Shown here piece by piece: positions 40,660 through 52,600 of a stretch of DNA of 64,000 nucleotides. The DNA is taken from contig OX597819.1 of NCBI GenBank assembly GCA_951406725.2, positions 82,150,001 to 82,214,000 of the forward strand, read 5' to 3'. A model generated the notes under the pieces. It was given only the letters and a program-made list of their open reading frames with translations. It did no database searches and was not told where the DNA came from. Position 1 is the stretch's first letter, and each line of letters starts with the position of its first letter. The translations under genes were made by a program, and so were the position numbers. Origin of the DNA: Octopus vulgaris (lineage: Eukaryota).

Positions 40660-40930
40660 GCACATCTAGAGACAGATCTAAGTGTCCTCTAGAAGAGGAG
40701 TACGATATACCTTCCGTTGCTTATGAAGCACAAGTTTCAGCGAACTACAACAATGATCGCACGGATAGCAAACGTTATATCGGAGCTGTGGCAGTGAAAT
40801 TTGATTCTAGTTATAACAAATATCTTCCGAATTTTAGGTACCGTGGTCAGTGACATTCAACAACCCTTTCGAATTTAATCTGGAAACTTAAAGGCAGAGG
40901 GACCAGTTTCGAGATCGAATGGAAAATCCC
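40660..40930 (+). mobile_element. Penelope-like GIY-YIG endonuclease fragment
   Basis: KCPLEEEYDIPSVAYEAQV...KRYIG...*HSTTLSNLIWKLK..FEIEWKI matches the PLE pattern CPL..CL...VVY.A...YIG...STELS.YIW.LK...I.W.I. Confidence 0.75.
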
Positions 40931-40939
40931 TTTCGAAAT

Positions 40940-42025
40940 CCAGACCCGATGTTAACGGATTCCAAAAAATGTTCAGCATGTTGTCCGATTTTGATGAAAA
41001 TCGATGAGTGAGCGAAGCTCATGACAGTGAGTTGATGTCCGTATATGGCGTTGACAAAAATCGATAACTGCTCCTGACCAGTGGTTTTATAAAATCAATA
41101 GGCTTTTTGCGTGCAAATACCCATAAGGATATTATTTTTGGCCTTAAATTTTATATTTTTTATCCGATTGTAATAAAATTTGAGATGTAGATAAATTTTG
41201 TGGTGAGAGAGGGCTTCAAAAGGGCACAAATGCAAATAAGCATTTCCTTAGGGACATTCTTATCGATTTTGTAGAAATTTTACACGTGATTATAGTTCTT
41301 GTCCATTAGTTAATGCCAGCATGAAGAGTTGACAAACATTCGATAATTGCGCGTGAGCGAGGGATTTTAAGAAATCAATAGGCTTTTTGGATACAATTAC
41401 CCATAGGATTAATATTTTATGCTGTAACTTTTACAGAATTCTTCCAATTTTTATGAAATTTGACATTTAGGTAAAGTTTGTGGTTGGAGTAATGTAGTAG
41501 AATTAAAATTAAACTGATGAAAGACAGAAATCGTCAAAATTCACTCAAAATAATATAATGAACTGATTTTGAAGAAAATTGACCCATGAGTAAAATTAAG
41601 CACTTCGACAAATGAAACATTGATTATTCATATTATGTATTGGGATTTTAAAGTCAATGGGATATTTCCATGTAACTGGTCACATGGATTCTATTTCATT
41701 ATGTAACTTTAACACTTTTCTTCGGATTTTGCTGAGATTAGACACACAGATCAATTTTGTATAGAGGGTGGCATTAAAGGGAGAGAAATAAACAAACATC
41801 ACTCTCAACGGGTCGAGGTGCACCCAAAAGTTTGCGATTTCAGACGGCCCAGTATATAGGAGTATGTTGAAATCGTTAACCGGGTAAAATCACTGCCGAA
41901 CCAGATATAACATCTTAATGGGTAATAGTTGTTACGGGGAACGTAGAAGATTTCAATACGAGGTCAGAGGTAGGCTTAACTTCTTCAACACGGAAAACAC
42001 GTGCAACACTGGGTACAACAGCTAG
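40940..42025 (+). mobile_element. Non-autonomous Helitron-type element with about three internal ~280-bp diverged repeats
   Basis: The 3' end CACGTGCAACACTGGGTACAACAGCTAG|T resembles the 942 terminus; aaatcaataggctttttg and cccata recur at ~41092 and ~41372. The 5' end was not located. Confidence 0.65.
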
Positions 42026-42439
42026 TATATATATATATATATATATATCGTATTTGCATTTGGTTTGCAAGATTCTTCATGTGAATTTTCGCATGTTGAA
42101 ACAAACTGCCTTAATATCTAACACACTTACAGGTTCCACTGTCTTCAAAAATTTTCGTTGCCTTTGCAGTCTTGTCAATGGATGCCGACTCTGTCCGTTT
42201 TCGGAGCTGCGTTCCTTTTTCGGGAGACATAAAAAAATTAATAATAATAAATCAGTGGAAATTGAACCAGTGATTGTGTTAGATATTAAGGCAGTATGAC
42301 TCTCCCCAAACACAACAAGATGTGTGTGTGTGTGTGTACATATACGTTACTATCGAACAGTGAAAATGAAAGCTCAACACTGCAATGCTGCATCTATCTA
42401 TATGTGTATACATATATACATATACACACTCACACACAC

Positions 42440-42486
<47 letters not shown>

Positions 42487-42487
<1 letters not shown>

Positions 42488-43786
42488 TGTCTCTTACAGT
42501 TATATATTTATTTTTCCACTGTTTATATATCTTTTTTTTACTGTTTATATGCTTGTACTGTCGTTACCGTCTTGCTTTTTTTACCATTTTTTACCCCTCT
42601 GCGAAAAGATCTCAGAATTTTAATTGATTTGCTTTTCGCAGGAAGGAAGTTTCTTCGAAGATACGTCTCGCTTTTATCCTTCGAAACGTAGAGTAGATGA
42701 AACCTTAGCGACTGAAGAAGGGGTTTTTTCGTTGTGCTAATTGTCCTTTACTCCCCTTTTTTCTTGTCCTGTTCCTTGGTTTGTGTCTATGTTTTTCGTC
42801 TCTCCATGTGTTCGACGTGTTTTTGGTGTCCTGTACACATATATGCGTGTATATGTACATGTAGAGGTAGGTACGTACATATATGTTTATATATATGCAT
42901 ATGTTCTATTCTTTTATTAATATATTATACGACTAAACGCACGCACCCTCTTAAGTAAGATTGTTCTGTTTATCAAGTTAGCCTTGATATTAACTCTCAC
43001 GCGACTCTGCATCTTTCTTTCTTTCTATCCCATTCCCTTTTTCGTCTTTTTTCCCTCACTTAACTTGTCTCTTCCTCTCTCTCTCATTCTTCACTCTCTC
43101 TCTCCCCCTCACCATTCTTCATGGTCTCCTCGCACCATTCCCCTTCTTCTCTCCCTTCCTCTTGCTCCTCCTCCCCCATTCCCGTCGTCCATCTGCGACG
43201 ATACTTCCGTCGTAACTGCTATCCTGTCTTTTCTCGCCCGCCTTCTAAGGCTACTGGTCGACATTCCTGCTCTCTCGTCGTCCACTATAATCCAGCGTTT
43301 GCAATACTTTTTTCGTCTGGCGTAAACAGCCCTTCTTATCTTGTTCTCCTTGTCCTGTCTCTTACTGTTATATATTTATTTTTCCACTGTTTATATATCT
43401 TTTTTTTACTGTTTATATGTTTGTACTGTCGTTACCGTCTTGCTTTTTTTTACCATTTTTTACCCCTCTGCGAAAAGATCTCAGAATTTTAATTGATTTG
43501 CTTTTCGCAGGAAGGAAGTTTCTTCGAAGATACGTCTCGCTTTTATCCTTCGAAACGTAGAGTAGATGAAACCTTAGCGACTGAAGAAGGGGTTTTTTCG
43601 TTGTGCTAATTGTCCTGTACTCCCCTTTTTTTCTTGTCCTGTTCCTTGGTTTGTGTCTATGTTTTTCGTCTCTCCATGTGTTCGACGTGTTTTTGGTGTC
43701 CTGTACACATATATGCGTGTATATGTACATGTAGAGGTAGGTACGTACATATATGTTTATATATATGCATATGTTCTATTCTTTTA

Positions 43787-43795
<9 letters not shown>
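42487..43795 (+). mobile_element. Non-coding element with ~440-bp near-identical direct repeats (42487-42925, 43355-43795)
   Basis: Repeats differ at a few positions, are separated by a ~430-bp pyrimidine-rich spacer and are flanked by (TA)n on both sides; no TG...CA ends. Confidence 0.9.
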
Positions 43796-43835
<40 letters not shown>

Positions 43836-43873
43836 TGATCAAAATAAAATAAAAACATGATGCGAAGGATTCA

Positions 43874-43951
43874 GCGGTACATATGTTTCGGGCCTTTATT
43901 AGACAGATTTATAACAATGCATAATGTATGTCTGTGGTCTTCTTCAGCCGC
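43874..43951 (-). ncRNA. Type-I hammerhead ribozyme (left-arm copy)
   Basis: Reverse complement of 46090-46167 with one stem II substitution (AGACC instead of AGGCC). Confidence 0.75.
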
Positions 43952-46089
43952 GCACAACAGCTTCCACAAGGACATGTGTTACATCAAAAATTCTTGGTTG
44001 GGGATGCAAATCCTCTCATTCACGTACGACATAATGCGGCAGCAGCATAGAATTGAAGCGTCCATCTCTTTCTTTTCTCAATGTAGAATGAGGAAAATTG
44101 GATGTTGAGGTAATGTAAATAAATAAATACATATATAGAGGTGAAGATGGAGGGGCGAGAGCTCGGGACGAGGGATAAAAAATGTATAAAAAGTGTAAGT
44201 ATAGAATAATATAAAAATGTAGAGGATAAAGATATAAAGAGTTGTAAGGAGATGTAAAGGGGGTATAAAGAAATATAAAGAAATATAAATAAATGTAAAG
44301 GCATAAGGTTATAAAGTAAAAATAGAAATAGAAATAAAATTAAAAAAACCTGATAAAAACATGATAAAAGTGTAAAAGAATGTAAAGATAAGGGATGTGT
44401 AGAGGTTACGGACCAAGCATGGTGGTCAGGAGATTGATAAAATTTAGTTGTAGAATTGTCAGTAAATCAACAGTTTTGTCTGGGGACCTAATGCGTTGTA
44501 AATCAGAGCTGATGAGCATTTAATCTGGTTCTTTGAATTAAATGGACTTCTAGTGCATACATATCATCATGGATACATACACCCACATACACGCGTACAT
44601 ATACGCCTCCAAGCTTATAAGCATACACACGCACTCGCGTGTAAACACGTACATAAACACACACGCACCCACACGCACGCGCGTACACACACATACATAC
44701 AACAACAGAATATCCGCATGTATACACGGACATTATACGCGTACACACTCACATGTGTATACGCGCGCCCGTCACTACATACACACACGTATATGCCCAC
44801 GCCTCTAGGTCTAGGTATAAGATATTAAAGGATGTGTATAAGAACGTATGTAAAGAATCCCGTACTCATGTCTATACGTGCACGCACACACGGCTGTGTG
44901 TCCGTATGTGCGTGCACATATACACTCATATACACACACAGAGACACACGCGCACATGGGTATAGCTATAAGATATCGAAGTATGCATGTACATATGTTT
45001 ATATATACATGCATACTTCGATATCTTATATCTTATACATATGTTTATATATACATGCATACTTCGATATCTTATAGCTATACCCATGTGCGCGTGTGTC
45101 TCTGTGTGTGTATATGAGTGTATATGTGCACGCACATACGGACACACAGCCGTGTGTGCGTGCACGTATAGACATGAGTACGGGATTCTTTACATACGTT
45201 CTTATACACATCCTTTAATATCTTATACCTAGACCTAGAGGCGTGGGCATATACGTGTGTGTATGTAGTGACGGGCGCGCGTATATACATGTGAGTGTGT
45301 ACGCGTATAATGTCCGTGTATACATGCGGATATTCTGTTGTTGTATGTATGTGTGTGTACGCGCGTGCGTATGGGTGCATGTGTGTTTATGTACGTGTTT
45401 ACACGCGAGTGCGTGTGTATGCTTATAAGCTTGGAGGCGTATATGTACGCGTGTATGTGGGTGTATGTATCCATGATGATATGTATGCACTAGAAGTCCA
45501 TTTAATTCAAGGAACCAGATTAAATGCTCATCAGCTCTGATTTACAACGCATTAGGTACCCAGACGAAACTGTTGATTTACTGACAATTCTACAACTAAA
45601 TCTTATCAATCTCCTGACCACCATGCTTGGTCCGTAACCTCTACACATCCCTTATCTTTACATTCTTTTACACTTTTATCATGTTTTTATCAGGTTTTTT
45701 AAATTTTATTTCTATTTCTATTTTTACTTTATAACCTTATGCTTTTACATTTATTTATATTTCTTTATATTTCTTTATACCCCTTTACATCTCCTTACAA
45801 CTCTTTATATCTTTATCCTCTACATTTTTATATTATTCTATACTTACACTTTTTATACATTTTTTATCCCTCGTCCCGAGCTCTCGCCCCTCCATCTTCA
45901 CCTCTATATATGTATTTATTTATTTACATTACCTCAACATCCAATTTTCCTCATTCTACATTGAGAAAAGAAAGAGATGGACGCTTCAATTCTATGCTGC
46001 TGCCGCATTATGTCGTACGTGAATGAGAGGATTTGCATCCCCAACCAAGAATTTTGATGTAACACATGTCCTTGTGGAAGCTGTTGTGC

Positions 46090-46167
46090 GCGGCTGAAGA
46101 AGGCCACAGACATACATTATGCATTGTTATAAATCTGTCTAATAAAGGCCCGAAACATATGTACCGC
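46090..46167 (+). ncRNA. Type-I hammerhead ribozyme (right-arm copy)
   Basis: GCGG CUGAAGA A GGCC...AGACA..UGUCU...GGCC C GAAA CAUAUG UA CCGC: intact core, 4-bp GC stem I, palindromic stem III, predicted GUA cleavage after 46163. Confidence 0.85.
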
Positions 46168-46274
46168 TGAATCCTTCGCATCATGTTTTTATTTTATTTT
46201 GATCAATTTACTCCACCACCTACACCACTAAACGGTATACACAGGTGCTTATAATTATCAAGTACTCACCCCGA

Positions 46275-46315
<41 letters not shown>

Positions 46316-46635
46316 TATATGTACACATATATATACACATATATATATACATATATATACACACATACATAACATACATACATACATATATACATACATA
46401 CACAGATATACAAGATGATGGTGAAATTTTCCTTGTTTAAGGGTATCGCGAAAGGCCTGGCTGGAGGCAAACCCTTCCGAATTCTTTTACAAGGCTTAGA
46501 AAAACTGAAGGACTGCAGCAATAAGTGTGTGAATGTGGGAGAGGAATATGTTGAATACAATCATAATTAAGCCAACCTCCTGTATTTTCTTTTAAACAAA
46601 GCCGGGAACTTTTCGGCACCTACTCGTTTATACAT

Positions 46636-46688
<53 letters not shown>

Positions 46689-48374
46689 AAACACATTTAT
46701 ATTCATACATAATCAGATGTGTATATGCATGTGTGTCCGTGTGTATGCGTATGCGTATGTGATGGGTTTCAGCTAGTATCTGGCTACAAACGCTTCCTGA
46801 ACATTGAAAATAGGTCTTGGCATAATTGTCGATTCCGACTTTTGAGATGACGTTTTAGTCCACCTCGCAACTTGCAAGTCATCCAATAAGTTGCGCATTT
46901 CATTTTATCCGATAGCGTTTATTCAGTTGAGTGACATAATTTGAGTTTGCGTTTTAATCTACCCTCAGGTCATACGAAAAATCAACCGGAGTTGTATTTC
47001 AGTATGATAAGTAACGTGACTCCGCTCGAGACTAAACAACCTCGCTTTTGAAAGATAGACACGATCAGAAGCCTTGCACTGTATGGACTGCCGACAGCCC
47101 CTTTGTGGGAGTGGTACTGCAGTATCCATATCTCCCGCAATATGTTTAAGAAACATACACCATGCATACATACATGTGTACATACATACAAACATACATA
47201 CATACATACATACATACATACATACATACATACATACATACATACATACATACATACATGTGTGTGTGTGTGTGTGTGTACGTATACATATATATATGGA
47301 TGGAAGAGTAGGCGGATGGATGGATGGATGGATGGATGGATGGATGGATGGATGGATGGAAGGATGATTGGATGTGTGTGGGGGTGGATGTTGGTGTTCA
47401 GAAAATGCGTTAACCATACAATGGCATATTCATACCTTTCAAGTAATTTGATTTTAGCAGCCAAACTACTCTGCTAGAATTTTTTCTATCTGGTTGTTTC
47501 TTTCTCTTTTCTATTCTTTTATAGATTTTAAAGTACCGAGGAACAGTGCAATATATTTATCACTGCAACACTTTCGATACTAAGCCGTCGATCTTATGAT
47601 ATATGTATTTTTCTAATTTTTTGATAAATTCGATAAAATTTTTCAATATTTTTGTTTGCACATTCAAGTGAATACATATGCTCAATCAAAAACTAAAATT
47701 AACGTGCAATTTGATATATTGGTGATAAATGTCACATTTAAAATGTCTCGATAAATTAGTGTCAAGAATTATTTCCTCTCAAAAATAAATAGATAATTAA
47801 TTAATGAAATAGAACAATTAATCTAAATATACAAACACTTCTATCTTTCACATTCAATACCAAAATACATACATAGACATAAAATCAGATACACACACAC
47901 ACACATGCACACACACTTACATATACACACATACATACGTATATACATACATACATTTTATACCTATGTTTGTATGTTTATATGTGTGTATGTACGTATA
48001 TCACATATGAATATATACATGTGTGTATGCGTTTGCATGTGTGTGCTTGTGTGTGTGTGTGCATGTGTATATGTACGTACATAGATATGTATATATTTAT
48101 ATATGGTGTACGTTCTGACAGAGTAGCAAATCGGTGACATTTCCATTGCACCATATAAAAACGCACGACTTGATGCCAGTCTTTTGAAGTGCTACTCCAA
48201 AATCATCAGCTCCTTACACTGCGTAATTTTTCACATGGAATCACATACATTCAATGGCGTGTGAAACAGAGCAGCTCGGAAAGATTGTAACTAGTACTTA
48301 AGTTGTGCCACAATAATTCTTCGACTTCTTACGTACACACACACACACAGTATACACAAATGTGGCAGTACTTA

Positions 48375-49107
48375 TTTAGAATAGCCATGTATACCATATA
48401 CTAAGGCCACTTACTACAGTGGTTGTCCGGAGATAATATCTCTTATGGACTTACTGTATAAAAAGCTCAATAAATATTAAAGAGAAACGAATATTCGTTC
48501 CTGCAGCGGCCTTCGAGAGCGCCAGATGTATTCCGGAATTTGGAATTTTTCAATTGCGTGCACTCGCAGCCAGTCACATATTCCAACGAGAGTTCGTCAT
48601 CTTTGGTATAGAGGAAGTATGTTGCAAATAACCACCCTGTCGATTAAAAATCCGGCATATTGCTAGGACGAACTTTCGCCCCTCTCTGACATTTACTGTA
48701 TTTTTAAAACAGCAAGTCATTAAGAGATATTATTGCAGGACAAATACTGCAGTAATTGGACTATCGCCAGTATGTATACATTGACTATGCTTTATAGATG
48801 ACCATTCTAATTCAATTCTGCCTCAGTTGCGTATCGTAGACTTTTAATCAACAGGGAGGCTATTCGCAACATCAGATATTAAACTTTTTTTGAATTTTTT
48901 TCCTATATCAGAGAGGCAGAATTTTATTTCAAGCATGTGGTCTGCCGCGAATGCGTACCATTGATATGGCTCAAGAAAGCCGAAATTCATTAGGCACCCT
49001 CATTGACCACTGCTGAGACAGATTTTTGTCTCTGATATTTATAGTGTTCTTGACATAGCAACTCCATAAGATAAGTTATTCTAAGACAAATACTGCAGTA
49101 ACTGGCC
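48375..49107. mobile_element. Diverged fold-back element A-B-A'-B'-A'
   Basis: ttactacagtggttgtcc..ataatatctctta (48411) is inverted at ~48720-48755 and ~49065-49101; atgttgcaaataaccaccctgtcgattaaaaatc (48619) is inverted at 48839-48872. Confidence 0.7.
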
Positions 49108-49329
49108 TAACGATAGCATTTATACATTAAGTATGCAATATATAGATCTCTACCTATATTTTTTAAGTGTATGTCTATGTACGTATGAATTGTTATACGT
49201 ATACACACACACACGCACACAGACTCACACATACGCAGAAGTACATGCATACACATATTTATATATCTATATGTACGTTGGAATGAATGAAAAAACGTTG
49301 TATAGTGAGCTTCTATGCGGAAAGCACCG

Positions 49330-49650
49330 TTATCACAAACCAAGGACATGATTTAAGGACTGTGTGAAACACTCCTTGAAAGCATTCCATAAGCTTAATG
49401 ATTTCTACGAATGGAGAAAACAGGTAAAAGAGTGAAGGGATACTTTTTCAAGAGTACAATTCCCATGCAGAATTTATGCCATCTACACGAACAACCACAA
49501 TTTTTGAAGCAGGTGAGGTATGCTTGGTCTTCAGTTTCTGTGATCGCATACATCTTTTCAAGGCTGTGTTCGCTAATCAACAAGGAAGTCAATAAATCTT
49601 TGTTTGCAGTACGTATAGGAACACATGAAAATTCCGTGAAAGCTTAAAAA
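49330..49650 (-). mobile_element. Possible mariner N-terminal HTH remnant
   Basis: RWHKFCMGIVLLKKYP loosely resembles RWFxKFxxGxxxLEDxP. Confidence 0.3.
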
Positions 49651-51061
49651 AAGAAAGTGTACACACACACACATATGTGATGGTTGCCTTCCTTGTTCGA
49701 AGAAGACTGTCATTAACTAATAAAGAAATACTGCTTTCGACTGCGGCTTTTGAGCTCCTATGCAGTACAAGGCTTTTAGCAGCCCTTACAAAACTGTGTA
49801 CGTTTACATGAGCAAGAAATTATATATTCTGGCATACGTGTACATGTATGCACGAGTATGTCCATATTCAACCCAGCTAGTTGCAAGGTAGTATAACGAG
49901 AAAAGTATATCGCTATACTACCTGCATGTCGAAGTTAAATTTGTCGACTATTAGATATTAGTAAAACTACAAGATCTTGATCTAATTTCTAACAATACCT
50001 GCTAATTTATGAGTGAATCTGACACCTGACAACGGCATTATTTCAAATTATTTCTCCAAGCCTCTTTGCCCAGTCATTTGGAAAGTTTCTCGGGTTATTT
50101 AAACTAATCATTGAAATCGCATTTGGAATTCCGTTTCTGCAAACCAGCAAAGTATATACAACTGTAAAATGAACGACGATAATCTGGTCACATAAATTCA
50201 CGTAGGTGCAAAATTGTACTAAATTTTCATTATCTGTGATAGCACATACACTTAACTAAAATTATATGCAAGATGTATATTTCTTTTATTCGTTCTTTTT
50301 TATTTTCTTACTTTTAGTGGCACTCTAAATAACTTGCGTTATTGATCAGCGATAAATTAAAAGTAAAGAAAGAAGTTGGAAATAAATGGTATTTGGAGAG
50401 AGAATCAACAGATATGTAATGCTGAACACATCACAGGGCTCTTGAAACGAAGTGATGAAATATATTTTCGGCATAGAGCAGAGAAACTGCAAGACAGCGT
50501 ATTCTTATTGATCGTAAGAAACTGCTCCAAGATATTATCTCACATTTTGGCAACGGCAGTTTCTCATCAAGGACAATTTATTCTGAAATTGTTTGGTTTT
50601 CCTACATAATATATTGACAGACTGGTAGTCTGGGAGCATGAAAAATAAAGATGATTGAGAAATATATCGCATACGCATTTAAACTTTAAATTTAATTTGT
50701 TAGATATAACTACATTTTTTATTCGATATGTCTACTGTATTTATAGGAATATCAATTGAATTACATGTACTGCATTTATATATACGTGTTTACATATAAA
50801 TATATGTGTCTGTGTGTGTGTATGTGCGTGTGTGTTTATATACATAAGTAGGTACATATATTTGTATGCATGTATCTATCTATCTATATATATGTGTGTG
50901 TGTGTGTATTCATATGCACAAATGAATATTATATATATACACATACACACACATACACACACATACATTCGCAAACATGCATATATATGTATGTGTATAA
51001 ACTGGAATGTATATATGTGTGTATATACGTGTATATATAATAAACATGTGTGCATATATGC

Positions 51062-51108
<47 letters not shown>

Positions 51109-51110
<2 letters not shown>

Positions 51111-51958
51111 AAGGGTACCCAAAAGCAACCGGAAACGTTCTCTGTGGAAAAAACCCGTTGAAGACACTTGATGCAACCCTCAGGAATCAGTCTGTCGACT
51201 GGTGTCGTCGAGTGAAGTCTTACTGCCACGTGAGACTTCTTTGTTTGGCGGTACTTCTCCCCTGTTCGTCCATTTTTGCTATGGCTGAAACGAAATGTTT
51301 TCTGCTGGGGAAAAACGGCGGCCGGAATACTTCTCATGCTTCAAACAGCTTACAAGGACGCTATCATGTGCAAAACACAAGTTTACGAGTGATTTCCACG
51401 CTTTGGAATAGTTACTTGTCGCTCGTGATTATTCCAGCCTCGTTCTGAACGATTGTCGACCAACTGAAGACATCAAGAAAATTCATAAACTGATCTTGGA
51501 AGACCGTCACCGAAAAATTCACGAGCCTGAGAATATGGCTAGTGTGTCCTGGAGTTCCTAGCAACGAATTTTGAGCGAAGAGTTGCGAATGTAAAGAGCT
51601 GCAGCAAAATTTGTGCCTCTCTTGCTCATGGAAGATAAAAAGCAGTCACGACTGAATGCGTGTCGTGAACTGAAGGAACAGTTGGAAGTGGAACCGGACC
51701 GGTTTTCGAAAGTCATCACAGGTGACTAAAGCTGGAGCTATGGAATTTGCAGATGTGGAAGGGGTGAAGAAAAACATGACGGAGGCTTTAAAACTCATTA
51801 CTTCGCAAGAGTCCAGCAGGGCTTCTAATAGTGGAAAACGAGCATGGACCATGCATTGCTTCAAATGGAGAATACTTCGAAGGCGATATAAGTGTAAACA
51901 TGTAAAACTAAGTGAATAAAATAATATTGCAAAATTCTGGTTTCTTCTGGGTAGCCCT

Positions 51959-51959
<1 letters not shown>
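51109..51959 (+). mobile_element. mariner transposon, internally deleted
   Basis: TIR-like ends aagggtacccaaaagcaaccgg / ctggtttcttctgggtagccct; motifs KCFLLGK, LQTAYKD, LILEDR, AAKFVPLLL and FSKVITGD join directly to the C-terminal part ending ..GEYFEGD. Confidence 0.9.
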
Positions 51960-52014
<55 letters not shown>

Positions 52015-52064
52015 GAAAAAAAGTCAAGATAGAAAATGCTAAAATAATTTTATAAAAAACATTT

Positions 52065-52099
52065 CAGTACCGGTTTCAGTTATTGTGATTTTTCAACTG
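52065..52099 (-). ncRNA. Minimal hammerhead-like motif, U3-A8 variant (decayed stem II)
   Basis: Minus strand: CAG UUGAAAA aucacaauaacu GAAA CCGG UA CUG, within a (TA)n-flanked island at 52013-52445. Confidence 0.55.
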
Positions 52100-52265
52100 T
52101 GACAATTAAACAATTAAATTTAGAAAAATTAAAAGAAAAGTTTTTTTAAAAGAATATTTGTATAGTGTTCAAATACAAGAAGTGGCATTTTCCTTGTTTC
52201 TGCCTGTCTCTGTCTCTCTTGTTTACTCTTGTGGGTTCGAGGTCGCTGTGAATTTTTGGTAGGGA

Positions 52266-52347
52266 TGAAGAAGAAGAAGAAGAAGAAGAAGAAGAAGAAG
52301 AAGAAGAAGAAGAAGAAGAAGAAGAAGAAGAAGAAGAAGAAGAAGAA
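52266..52347. repeat. (GAA)n microsatellite
   Basis: Directly visible. Confidence 0.95.
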
Positions 52348-52468
52348 TGTGGGAGTGCCATGTAATCTGTTGAATGGTCAGCTTCGCTGACCCCCCACAG
52401 TTGATGGTGGCAGTCGCTGTTCAATTCATGAAAATATTTCTTTTGAATATTTTGTTATGAAATTTGCG

Positions 52469-52522
<54 letters not shown>

Positions 52523-52553
52523 GTGGGGGGAGAGAGAGAGATACATACATACA

Positions 52554-52600
<47 letters not shown>

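Larger units (their letters stand above)
43831..46210. repeat. Giant near-perfect palindrome (arms ~1.16 kb, ~60-bp centre)
   Basis: taaattgatcaaaataaaat... (43831) is the reverse complement of ...attttattttgatcaattta (46210). The arms are colinear to ~44991/45052, with about a dozen differences by eye. Confidence 0.97.

Noticed and set aside
42049-42300. Tc1/mariner N-terminal fragment on the minus strand
   Set aside because: Only a weak resemblance (KFLKT..SVLD) and no TIR pair found.
42590-42760. Canonical hammerhead in the direct repeats
   Set aside because: CTGAAGA and GAAACGTA are present, but I could not close stem I in type I, II or III topology; kept only as half-motifs.
44503-45540. 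Mirror-image ORF pairs in the palindrome
   Set aside because: They are low-complexity products of the inverted repeat; LEVHLIQ..RLN only faintly resembles a GIY-YIG C-terminus.
43831-46210. Palindrome as a pure assembly artefact
   Set aside because: The arms differ by several substitutions, the centre and 3' tail are asymmetric, and the ends coincide with (TA)n. It is not fully excluded without reads.
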